Assembly (NCBI GenBank): GCA_024679065.1
Contig: JAGIQG010000024.1
Location: forward strand, 26,226,001-26,290,000
Source: Sphyrna mokarran
Taxonomy: Eukaryota
Direction: 5' to 3'
DNA: 64,000 bases
Below are positions 12,946-24,823 of the stretch, one piece after another. The translations under genes and the position numbers were made by a program. Numbering within the stretch: the first letter of the stretch is position 1; every line of letters begins with the position of its first letter. The notes beneath the pieces were generated by a model that did not search any database, had not been told where the DNA came from, and saw only the letters and a list, made by a program, of their open reading frames with translations.

Positions 12946-14115
12946 ACTGATGATGATTAGGCTCAGAGGCCTGATAGTGACAATTTATTATAATATGTTG
13001 AACATTGGGATTCCCATTGCATTACTGGTGGGAGGGAATAGGGAGGGGTGGGGGAGGGGGCTGGCAGGAACAATCATGATGAGACTTCCAATGACACAAA
13101 TTGGGATTTGGGCCTCTTTCAAGATTTTCTGCTCGTGACCAAATCGGGCCGAGAAGAAGGGGAGCAGAAAATCCTGGCCAATGGGTAATCAGGCACAAAA
13201 TATCTAACTGGAGAAGGGCTGAGTGAGCTGAAAAGCGATCTGGCGCAGGCTGATTGAGATCAATAACTGGATGGCTTCAAAGATGATTGAGAAAGACACA
13301 TTCTTATGAGGAAGAAAGAAAGGATACCTAAAGCTAGAATTGCCTGGACAAGAGAGGTGAAAATGGGATGAGAAAGAGGCTGATGGTCACAATACAGTGC
13401 AAACTGAATACTGAAAATAGCAAGAGCTCTAAAATAAGGAATAAGGTAGGAAAAACGTACAAGAATAGACTAATGAATAACATAAAAGGGAAATCAAAAG
13501 TGTTTTATAAATAGGAAAGGAGGCCCATTAGTTCAACTGGACAGAAGATATTGCTTAGTAATGGCAACCTGGTGGGCTTAATGCTGGCACCCAGCCAAAG
13601 TAGTTATTGGTGCTTCTTTTCCTTCCCCATTATGTTATCACGACAGAGCCACGATAAGCAACTCTCAAATAAATGAGTGTGTACACGAAGAGACAGAGAG
13701 AGATAAACAGTGAAAGGTCAAAGGAATGACAGAGATTAGGGACTAAAATGAGGCAGTTGCCATGGCTTAAATTATTATTTTGCCTTTATTATAGACGTGG
13801 ATACTGTCAATGTAATAGTAAAAGTAGTAGTTAGATTGGATTGGATAAAAATAGACAAAAAAACGATTTGATTAAAAAGTCAGCAGCCCTCAGTGAAAAA
13901 TCATCCATTACAGCAGGAACTCATCCTCGGTACTGATGGAAGCAAATGACAGAAATTATGAAAGCTTTGGACACAATCTTTCTTGGATATGGGCTGCTGC
14001 CAGAAGGATGGAAGATTTCAAATATTACACCTCTGTTTAAAAAAGGAAGAGGATAAAACTGAAAACCACAAGCCAGTCAGCCTAATGTAAGTGATGAGAA
14101 ACATTGAAAAGCAAT

Positions 14116-14686
14116 TGGCAGGATTCCCCCCAAAAAAATTCCAAGTGTTCAATTTGCGTAAAAACTGAAATAAATCTCAGTTCTTTTAAGCAGGATTTTC
14201 AAATGAATCTCCCACACTCTGAGCATTGCAGAAATTGCCTCAGGGAGATTCACGATGAAAAGTTGGGGATGGGGCCTATTCCTGGCAGCATAGCGCTGAG
14301 TGAGCCACTGTGCGTGTGCTGATCTGTCATGGCCAAGATCCGCACAGTAGCCCCGCACTGCCGGTCTCCTGATCACTGCCAGACTCGCAACCACACGTTA
14401 CTGCCCCTCCTACCCCATCCTCCCACGCTCTGATCGTTGGCCCTGCCCCCAGACATCTCTGGGTCAGTCACCACTACCCCTACCTTGATGGTCCGGAGAC
14501 ATGACATTAAAATGCTGATTTAAATACTTAAAGCAGCTCCATGCCAATTTCCAGTGTGGAGATGCGACGCTGGAAATCCGGGCCCCAGAGATGCACAGAG
14601 GCCGTGGTGTCCCCAGCAGGGAGCATGCTTAATGGCCTCTGCTGATGTCTCCTGGCCACTGGTGCTGAGTTGGGAGAATCAGTCCC
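14116..14686. mobile_element. GC-rich MITE-like DNA element, TSD AAT
   Basis: Termini tGGCAGGATTCCCCC / GGGAGAATCAGTCCC form imperfect TIRs; AAT on both flanks; host CR1 continues across it. Confidence 0.65.
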
Positions 14687-15197
14687 AATAATTCAGGGCA
14701 AAATAAATTGGTATTTGGACCAAAAATAAATGAAAGTCAGCACAGATTTGCTTGAGGCAAACTATATTTAACTAACTTAATTGAATTCTTTGATGAAGTT
14801 ATGGAGATGGCTGATGATGTTTATGTCGAAGGGATTTGACAAGAAGGCACATATTAGACCTCCTAGCAAAATGAAAGCCTATGGGATTCGAGAGAGACTG
14901 GAAGCATTGATACAAAATTGGCTCGCGGACAGAGAACAGAATGGTGGCGAATGGTTGTTTTTCAAATTGAAGAGAAGTATACAGTGGTGTTATCCAGGAT
15001 TCAATATTGGACAATTGCTCCTTCTTTCTTAAATTAATGACCTAGATTTAGGCATACAGGAGACAATCTCAAAGTTTGCAGAGAATACAATACTTTGAAA
15101 GGTGATAAAACAATGAGGAAGATTGTAACAAACCTCAGGTGGACATGGGCAGATTGATGGATTGGACAGATAGATGGCAGATGTAACTTAATGCAGA

Positions 15198-15487
15198 GGG
15201 CAGCATGGTAGCACAGTAGTTAGCACAGTTGTCTCACAGGACACAGGTTCGAATCCTGGTTTTGGTCGCTGTCTGTACAGAGTTGGTTACCTCTCCCTGT
15301 GTCTCCATGGGTTTCCTCTGGGTGCTCTGGTTTCCTCCCACAATTCAAAAAACATGTTGGTTGGGTGCATTGGCTATGCTAAAATTCTCCCTCAGTGTAC
15401 CTGAACAGGCACTGGAGTGCGGATTTTCACAGTAACTTCATTGCGATGTTAAGCCTACTTGTGATAGTAATAAATAAATTTAAACTT
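15198..15487 (+). mobile_element. HE1/V-SINE-like SINE nested in CR1
   Basis: GGGCAGCATGGTAGCACAGTAGTTAGCAC head, GGTTCGAATCC B box, conserved core and tail. Confidence 0.85.
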
Positions 15488-15999
15488 AAGAAATATGAAA
15501 TTACATATTTTGGAAGGAAGAATGGGAAGAGGCATTATAAATTAAATTATATTTTATCTGGAATGCAGGAACAGAGAAACAGTGTACATAAAGCTTTGAA
15601 AGTGGCATAACAATTTGTGAAGGATATTAAAAAATAGCACACGGTACCTTGGTTTTATTCGAGGAATAGAGCACAAAGCAACGGAGTCAAAGCTAAACAT
15701 TCAAAAGTCACTGGTTCAGTATCACTTCTGAGTGCTTTAGGAAGGATATTAAGGTTTCAGAGAGCATGTAGCGGAGATTTACTCAAGTTACACCAGGGAT
15801 GAGGAATTTCAGGTATGTGGCGAACTTGGATGTTCCCTGTAATGGAGAAAGGTTTAAGAGGTGAATTGTTAGAAATTTAAATGCTGAATGGTTTTGATGG
15901 GAATAAATAAGAAACTATTTCCACTAACTAAAGGGTCAGTGAGACAGATCTCAGACAGTTGCCAAAAAACTCAGACAAAGCCTTTTTTTTAAGCACAGT

Positions 16000-16820
16000 G
16001 GGCAGTATTTCCCTCAAAATTCTGAGTGTAATACTGACAAGAAAATGGAAATCCTCAACCCTGGTCTTTTCAACAAGCTCCACATTGCAATCTTCCTGCA
16101 TTCTGTCACTTCTTTTCACTGTTAAGAGCTTTGTGTTGGAACTGGGGCGGGGGCGGGGGCGGGGGTGGATGCAAGAACACCAGTGAAGATGCCTTGAAAT
16201 GCTGGTGACCTGAGGCCTCCCCAACTCCCCTCTCAATCAGCAGCATTGTCACCCCTCCCCAAACTGGCACTGGTCACTGGTATTGGGCATCAGCACTCTT
16301 CCAATGGATCCCCTGGCTGACCCCTGATATGTTCCCCCCATCATGACCATTTCCACGACTTCCTCTGTGTAAACCCTCTTGCATAGTCCCCACATCACAA
16401 CTTCATCCCCCTCACCCCCACTCAGGCCTTACCTCCTTGATATTGCCCTGGCACACAGTGCCCATCCAGGCACTACCAGAGTGCCAGGTGGACACTGTCT
16501 AGTTATGCCCCCAAAATACCCAGGGGCTTCAGTGGTCTTTGATCACCCTGGCATGGTCTTGGCATCTGGTCTTCGCTGATGGAGACTAGTGATTCTCACA
16601 AGCAAAATGGGAAGCAGCTGTGTGAGACTCACTAATATTATGGAGATCCAGGCATCCTGATGCTAATGAGCTTTGCGCCTTTCTGGGTGTGAAGCTATTC
16701 TTGTCAGTAAAATGGGGCCAAGAGTTATAACAATTGACATAAATCAGATTTTTGACTTCCCAAGCCATCTTTCAGGCTTACCATCCTGATCGGTCATGGC
16801 AAGTTGGTGAGATCGTGCCC
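16000..16820. mobile_element. GC-rich MITE-like DNA element, TSD AGT
   Basis: GGGCAGTATTTCCC ... GGTGAGATCGTGCCC termini with AGT on both flanks; inserted in the CR1 3' region; same family as 14116-14686 and 48866-49472. Confidence 0.65.
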
Positions 16821-17259
16821 AGTATCTTTATAACGTAGAATGCACTGCCTGAAAAAATGGTGGAACCAAATGCAGCTTTAACATCCAAAGCAAATTGAAT
16901 AAATACTTGGAGAAAAAAATTACAGGGCTATGGGGAAAGAGCAGGATGTGGGATTAATTAGATAGTTCAACCAAAGAGCATACACTGGCATGATGGCAGA
17001 ATGGCATCGTCCGCTGCTTATCATTCTATGATTATAACTGGTCATCCATCATATTCAGAAATTGTGGCATCCTGCTGTCCTGAATGGCTCCATAATAACA
17101 GTATTGGCACTTTCAATATAGTGTATTGTACATGAAGCACTGGAAATATAATAAAGCCACTACATCAATACAAGGTCCTGCTCTGGTTTCATTTCATTCT
17201 CTTCCTAGCGATCACAAAATGCTGCCACATTTCTGGGAGCAAGGTCTCCATCCCAATTT

Positions 17260-18960
17260 TTCAGCCAGAATACGTGCAGAGTGTGGCACAGGGATACTTT
17301 AATTAGCCAGAAGTTTGCTTGGAGAATTAAACTTTAAAGAGGGAGACAATGTATTGGGACAGAGGGGTTTCAGGAGGTGTCTCCAGAGTTCAAAGCTTAG
17401 GCAGTTGAAGGCATAGCCACCAATGTCAGGTTGAAATTCAGAATTGCACAAATGGCCAGAATTAGAGGAGCATAGATAGCTGGTAGATGCCACTTGAGTG
17501 TGTCTTTAAGAAATATATTTTTAATCATGTTCTCTGTAGTTCGAAGCAAGCCCCAAGCTGTTGGCTTAGAAGTCCTTTTATTGCTGCTTAAATAGTTTAG
17601 ATGGAGTTTCTGTACTTTGAGATTTTTATGACTCTGAATTGTTCGAGAAAGAATGATGGATAGATCAGGTGTCTTTGGACAATTTGTTTGGTTTTATTTT
17701 CAGTTTTGGGCTGCTGTGCTTTAGTTAGAATGTGTTTTACTTCAGGTTGGATGCAGGTTTTCTCTCTCTCATCTTGCTATAGTAAATTCTGCTTGCTAGC
17801 TGCAAGCAGGTCTTCTTGCCTTCCTGGAATGAAAATTATGCTGTGAAAGGTTTACTAGCTAGTAACTAGTGTTTCTGTCTCTAGAAGTGGTTTGCTGGGA
17901 AAAACTAGAGACCAGCAGTGGCAGAGTTTCAATTTTCCAACAAAGGACTAAGTCCCAGCATCACATGAGCAGACACATTTTCTGTGCTAAACCTGTGGCA
18001 GGAGGATGCTTTGAGGAGGTTTGCTTGGTTGAAATATTTCAAATAGTTGTTAAGATTTATGCAATCTTTTTTTTTCTTGTTTATAATTGGTATCAATTGT
18101 TGCTTTATGTTAATTGTATTCTTAAGTAAACTTTGTTTGACAAAAGATCCCTAGTGGGTCATTTGGATCATACTTTAAGTGAAACATCTCATCCTTACCC
18201 TAACCAAATTCAAATTGCAAAACTTATGGTCCAGGTTGATTTCATGAAATATCTTGGAGTTTCTGACCTGGATTATGACAGATTGCAGAGATATTGGGAT
18301 GGATGAAGTCATAAAGGAATTTAAAACTTAAGATGAGCATTTTAAACTCAAGACATTGCTTAACCAGGACTAAGCAATGCTAGGGGTATAGGCTAGGACA
18401 TGGGCAAACACCAAATGGTATTAAGTATACTTGAGGATATGAGCAGCAGAGGTCTGAAAGATCTCAAATTTATTCATAGGCATGCACATGAATACTCAAA
18501 ATCTGGGATAAAAGAAAGACACGGGTGAGATTTTCAGCAGCAGAGGAACTGAGACAGTATCTTTGATGGTATGAATACATCTTGAAGGGGTTCATTTGGG
18601 GTTAAATATTGCACAATTGCTAAGGAGTGAGATGTAGTTGGTGACTAGGGAACAGAAGTTGTGGTGGCAGGGATCAAAGGCTTCACTCTTCCTGTTATTT
18701 AGTTGAAAGAAAGTTCTTCTTATGCAGTACTGGGAGTCAGGCAAGCGGTACTGACAATTTCAAGATGGGTGTCAGCAGCTTGCATATGGAAACCAATGTT
18801 GCTGAAGGATACTATGTAGATTAGAAATAGGAGGGACCACATATAGATCCTCGAGGGAGATGAGATAACAATGTTGTGGGAAGAAAAGGCTTTGATGGCA
18901 ATTCTCAGACTATGAAGGAATGGGATAAGCAAATGGTATCTGACCACAGAAGATGGATGG
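17260..18960 (-). mobile_element. Degraded L2-clade LINE fragment interrupted by an LTR-like insert (~17481-18280)
   Basis: AGGCAGTTGAAGGCATAGCCACCAATG...GGCCAGAATTAGAGGAG resumes at GATTGCAGAGATA...TTTAAAACTTAAGATGAG. Insert is T-rich and ends GATTATGACA. Confidence 0.55.
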
Positions 18961-19559
18961 TTGATAACAGAAATTCAACATGAAAGAATACAAAAATTGA
19001 ATCAAATGGAGACAACCAAGTACCAGCAATATAGAATATTACAAATTTAACTCCAAGCCAACAAAGCTTGCCCAGACAAACTGAGTCTACCAGTCCTTTA
19101 GGTGTGACCAGAATGAGACCTCAGAATTTTCAAGCCTCCACCATGGTTAAATCCTGATTCTACAAATATGTCTTAAAATGACATAAATTTGGAGACTGGA
19201 AGCAATGGTGAAAGAATGAGTAACCATACAGGCTGTGCTGTAAATATGCTGGATGACAACTTGGGGGAGCTGTAGTATAAGGGTGTTCAGGATAGCTAAG
19301 GTTAATGTGAGACTAGATAACAATACTGTCCACAGTATGATGTAGATAGATATGTGACAGTAGAAAGGAGATAGAATTGTATTTACAGACTCAAATAGAA
19401 GCAAACATGAAGTTGGCTCCCAGTTTGGGCAATATTTGTACATACATATATAGTTATGTCACCAATAAACACAAATTCAATCTTATGAGGCTCTGAATAT
19501 TTTCATAAGACATACTTAAGTTCTTACTACAAAACCATGGAAAATAATTCTATAATGTG

Positions 19560-19862
19560 TAATTGCCAACACAGTAACTTAGGAAATTGAATTCAATAAA
19601 AATCATTAGCAACCTATCATCAGAAGAGAAACCAGTAGAGGCCCCAGATAGTTCTACAAACTCAAATAGTTTACTAATATCCTTCCGAGGAAGGAAATTG
19701 CCATCCTACACAGCCTGGCCTATCCGTGCCTCCAATCCCACAGTAACGTGGTTGATTCTCAATGCTTTCTGAAGTGGCTGAACAAGCCATATTGTTGTCA
19801 GGGAAACCTGGGACGGGCAATAAATACAGTCAGCCAACATTACCCACATCCTGAGAACATTT
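19560..19862 (+). mobile_element. Second tRNA-SINE family, 5'-truncated copy
   Basis: CCTTCCGAGGAAGGAAATTGCC...GTGGTTGATTCTCAATGCTTTCTGAAGTGGC...GGGCAATAAAT, homologous to 5550-5885. Confidence 0.65.
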
Positions 19863-22263
19863 TTTTTAAATCTGAAGGAATGGTACTGGCAGCACAACCG
19901 AAAAAAAATTAGCACTGCATGAACAAGGGTTATCCATGAACGGTTGTAAGTGTTAAATATTTTACATTAATCCATTCAAAGTTTGAATTGCCTCTTCTAG
20001 CAACTTCATATTGAGGGGATTGGAACCCTACCTTTGAAAGGAGAATCCTTGGTTCTGTCCAGTTAGAATAGGGCTGGCAGTGGTTTGGTGGAATATGGAC
20101 TTGGTGGAGAATTGTTTCACCTTGTTTGCATTACTGAGTCAGGCTGGTTCTGGGATTCATTTTAAGACATATTTGTAGAATCAGGATTTAACCATGATGG
20201 AGGCGTTGTGCATGTTCTTTGTGAAGGTTACAATTAGTTTTAACAAGCATCTAACTCTTTTGTCAGGAAACAGTGTGTGGCTGGAAACAGAAGTAACACT
20301 GGCTCAGAATTTCATATTTGTGGTTAGAAAGAGTGCCAGGCCAGAATGTTATACCACTTTTTTTATTCAATTCAGCCTCTCACCACACTTGCAACTTCAA
20401 ATGGAAATCAGATGTTTGCAGTTGCATGCTCACATCAGCCATCAGTTAATCAAGATCTAAATTCATTATTAATTTGTTATATGTATCTGCCGCAATCTCT
20501 TTACAAAAATGGAAAAAATTAACCTTCTTTCCAGATTTATAATTTACTTTTTGTCTTCTATGTAATTACCAATATTGCAGCAAATATCTAATCATACATT
20601 GTCACCTACCATTGTCTGTCATACAATGAGCTATCCTCAATGTTTCCTCATTATCTATATGACAGACATCTGCTTTCAGTGTGATGGAGAATCCATATTG
20701 GAGTTTGTGATATGCCTGGTACCTTGACATTCTACATATCAGTATCTAGTGGTGTGCACCAGGCTTACTTCTGATCAACTCAAGATTTCATTTTGACTTT
20801 GGCAAAATGTTTAGTCCACTGAGATTAATTGCTATTCTGGAGTCCTGCGGAATAATAATCTGGTGTAGACCATTGCTCTTTGTGCTTACAACCATTACTT
20901 TTAATCTCAACTTAAAGCTTTGCTTATGTGGGAAATCTAAATCATGAAGAAACACTGGATGGGGTGTTACATGCCATAAACTTTGTTTGCATCCTCCCAA
21001 TCACTGAAGGCAGATGAAAACGAAAGTTTTTTTTCCTTGCTTCTAAGAACAGTATCAAATAGCTCTGTCCAGATTAATATTGGCATTCACCATGAATAAC
21101 AATATCTGTGACAAATGGTCCTTGTATCTTGCTTCTAGATAGATAGATTTGGAATCATGACTATCCTCAGGGTAAGTCTTCCAACACCATAAAATTATCT
21201 ATGAGGGTGAGATAATAGCCCCATTAGCTAATTATAGCCAAGCCATCTGTGAAAACTTCCAGCCTTCCTTACAAAAAAAAACACATCATTTGACAGCACT
21301 CTAGCAGAAGTGGTTCTCCTTATTAACTTAGTGTTAAGTGCAACTCAGAATAGAGATTGCAAAGGTAGCAATCCCTGGTCCTTTATCTAAAAAATTGTGC
21401 AAGATAATATGTGATCTCAACTTAAATGAAAGAAATGCATTAGCTTTATGTTTACTTTCCAAGTTCAGAGTACATTGTACTCTCTTTGGATAATGAAAGG
21501 TGGGAATGGAGAGAATGGTTAATTCAAAAATTTAAAACAAAAATATATTGCATGTAGCAATATTTTTAGATATGACCTTCAGAGAAAATCTGTCAACCAC
21601 AAAGTACTTCCTAATTGACCTTGATGTAGCCCATTGCCACTTTTATTTTACTGAATTGGTTGCAGGTAATGGGGAATAGTTTGAATTCGGTTCTTAAAAT
21701 TCAGCTGTAACTTTAAAAATGACCTGAATTTGCATAATTCTGGCAAACGTTTAAAAACGAAGTACATTGGAATGAAATAAAGGATTTGAAGGCTGATGAG
21801 TTCAATTGGCTGTGTGAATAAAATTGAATAGAGGTAACTAACGCAGGGGACTGCGTGATTAAACACTTAGTCTTCAAACTTTATGCAAAACCACCCTAGA
21901 CTGATTTATTTTAGTTAGAATGGTCTATGGTTTGGAAATCCTTAAATTCTCGTGGTCACATCTACAACACACAATTGCCACTCGAAACGGCAGCCCACTC
22001 AAGGAATGCAGTTACAGTGAAAAGGAAAAAGAAAATCACATGGTGTAGCAGACAGTTATCTTCAGAGGTCATGGTTGACCTGCTAAGATTTGGCAAGGGA
22101 ATTCTACAGGGTGCATATCTTGATCTTGCAGCCTTTAATGTGAACTAAATTCACCAAAAAAGGACCAACACATAAATGTGGATTACACAAGTAAAGAAAA
22201 TCAAATCCAAATGTAAATTTATATTTTTTACTGCTAAAACCAAGGCACTCGAATTTAACATTA

Positions 22264-22554
22264 AAGTTTATTTATAGTGTCACAAGCAGGTTTACTTTAA
22301 CATAGCAATGAAGTTACTGTGAAAATTCCCGAGTCACCACACTCTGGTACACTGAGGGAGAGTTTAGCATGGCCAATGCACCTAACCAGCACATCTTTCG
22401 GACTGTGCGAGGAAACCGGAGCACCTGGACGAAACCCTCGCAGACATAGGGACAATATGCAGACTCTACACAGGCTGTAACCCAAATGGGGAATCAAACC
22501 CAGGTCCCTGCCACTGTGAGGCAGCAATGTTAACCATTGTGCTACCATGCTGTC
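22264..22554 (-). mobile_element. HE1/V-SINE-like SINE, near full length
   Basis: Reverse complement has head, A/B boxes, core and tail. Confidence 0.85.
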
Positions 22555-23015
22555 ACATGAACAATTTGAAAACAAGAAGGGGATATTGCAATATTGGAAA
22601 AACATTTAATTTAAATGACAAATTAAAAAAGAAACATAGCTTCATTGCTTAGATTAAAATAGAAATTTCTGTGTAGTAACTTTAATACATCAGTTACAAT
22701 ATACTGTAACTTACAGTACTGCATGATGAATGCAGGACTGGGATGTTAATCAACGCAATATATAATCTCTGCAGTAGAACAAAGTACTCATTTGGGTGAA
22801 ACAGGACTTGGGCAACAACTGAACCATGCAAGATGCTGGACAATTTAACCACAGCTCCTTTATTACTGGATCCTGTTTGCACTACCGTATTCACTTATTA
22901 ATTTGTTTTACTAGAACTGAAAACATAGCTGCTAATCATGTTTATAAGTAAGAGTTATGAGACAGGCTTAAGGAACATTGTTCTGTCAATGTCAAGAGAA
23001 CTTTATCCAGCCACA

Positions 23016-23192
23016 CTTCACAGAAGAGTACTTTGTAATAACACAGAGCGACCAAGTAGAGAAATATCAAATGTACCAGACATTGCTCACTTTGATAAGC
23101 ACACAGCAACAAATATCTAGAAAAAATTGCAAAGCAGGAAAATGTGAGGGTTTAGATGACTTAATGAACTAGAACAAAGTTTGTGCAATTTA
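23016..23192. repeat. Copy 1 of a diverged local direct repeat (copy 2 at ~24633-24823)
   Basis: Shared blocks CTTCACAGAAGA, TACTTTGT, ATAACACA, AAGTAGAGAAATAT, CAGACATTGCTCAC, TAGATGAC, TAATGAAC.AGAACAAAG, GTGCAATTT in the same order. Confidence 0.8.
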
Positions 23193-24369
23193 AGATAATT
23201 ATGCTTTCCATTGAGATTGATAATTTTTAAAAAGAAATTCGAACTTCCAATTAATTGTTGACATAATGGTCAAACTTCTTACAAGATAATAAACAGTATT
23301 AGCTAAGCATTGTCTTTGTAGATAACTATAAACCACAGAACTGAACACTCCAAATCAATCTTAGCCCAACCAAAAAATACACGTCACTTGTATACTTTAC
23401 ACTACTCTTTACAGTGGGGCAGTAATTTTCTCAGAATCAATCCAAACTGAGTCTCAACTCCAGTGGGATTATCAACCTGGTAACTTGCAATCTCACACAG
23501 TGAGATTTTACTTTCCTAGGAACACTTCCTCTAGCTCAGACTAAGTGATTCTTCCAATCTTGTTATATGTCCCTATGAATTTCTAATTCTTTGTCTTTTT
23601 AATTTAAATGTGAGTTTTCATCTGCACCTTTATGGACTCTAGCTGCTTTTCCTTGGATCTAGGCAGGCTCCAAAAAAAAAAACTGATATTCAGTGGTATT
23701 TCAGGAAAGTTTGTAACCTTATCATTATTAGAGTTTCCTTTGCATCCTTCCTGATTGCAATGTGAATCACATGAGCCTTATATCTAGGTAGAAATACTAA
23801 TTAACTATCTTGTTGAATGTTCAGCTATCTTTCATCTTAGAACTAAATGGACAGTTTAGAGCACAACTGTTTACAACCTGATGGTCCCAAAACCTTTGAG
23901 ACTGTGGAGACTCTTAGCCTCCACTTTGATACACAGGCTGTGGCATTTGTCTCCAGGTATAAATACCATGCACCTACTCTCCACTAGAGCAATCAAAACC
24001 TTCTTCAGATATCTAACAGTTAAACCACCCAGATTACTGTCAGGCAAGCTTCAGAGCATGTCACATGACCACCTTCACTCTACCCTAAATTTAAAAGAGA
24101 ATTCCAAAACAATCTTATAAATCTCAATTGAAATAGTAGGACCTTACCGTAGGTCAAACAATGTTCCCAAATATGATTAATAAAAAAATGCATCTTAAGT
24201 AATTAAGCAGCTAAATCAGAAATAATCACCAGTTACAGTACAAAAATCCAAGAACAACAGAGAACTTGTAATTAAGAATCTGGAATTAGACCACAAAGAT
24301 AATTCAGTTAGCAGAATGAATGGGGAGCTCTCCCAAAGAAATGGTCAGGTTGATATTTTAAAAGGAAGA

Positions 24370-24620
24370 CATATCTGGAAATACTACTGACAGCATACAC
24401 AGGGCATCAGGGATAACCCTTTTGCTCTTCTTTCAGATGGTGCCCTGGGATCTTTGTCCTCAACCTGCAGTGGCAGACGGCGCCTTGGTTTAGTGTTTCA
24501 TCCAAAAGGCAGTACCCATGCCTATCCCTGCATTGAAGTGTCAATGTTTATTTTCTACCAAAGTCCTGGCACAGGACTTAACCCACAACTTTCTCAAAGA
24601 TGAAAATGCTACTGAGTCAT
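24370..24620 (-). mobile_element. Deu-domain SINE (SacSINE1/AmnSINE-like)
   Basis: TGCTCTTCTTTCAGATGGTGCCCTGGGATCTTT...TTGGTTTAGTGTTTCATCCAAAAGGCAG is the reverse complement of the Deu core. Confidence 0.65.
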
Positions 24621-24632
24621 GGCTGGCTGCAT

Positions 24633-24823
24633 TCTTCACAGAAGAAATACTTTGTGATAACACAATGCTAAGTAGAGAAATATTATTGCATCAGACATTG
24701 CTCACCTGATGAGCACAAAACAAAAATGAAAATAAACCAGATATACAGAAAAAAAAATAAAAGTATTAGCGCCTGTTGGGATGTAGATGACAATAATGAA
24801 CAAGAACAAAGCTGGTGCAATTT
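24633..24823. repeat. Copy 2 of the diverged local direct repeat
   Basis: See 23016-23192. Confidence 0.8.

Larger units (their letters stand above)
13190..17035 (+). mobile_element. Degraded CR1-type LINE with nested MITEs and a SINE
   Basis: CR1 RT remnants (ACACCTCTGTTTAAAAAAGG, CCAGTCAGCCTAA, ORF 14781 ...LEALIQNWLADREQ, TCAAAGTTTGCAGA, GATGGCAGATG) and a 3' tail at 16920-17035. Confidence 0.8.

Noticed and set aside
16144-16168. (GGGGC)n G-quadruplex / Sp1-like tract
   Set aside because: Lies inside a MITE; low-complexity expansion
24706-24731. CTGATGAGCAC...GAAA as a hammerhead or C/D snoRNA box
   Set aside because: No stem II can form, and the motif is not kept in the paralogous copy at ~23090
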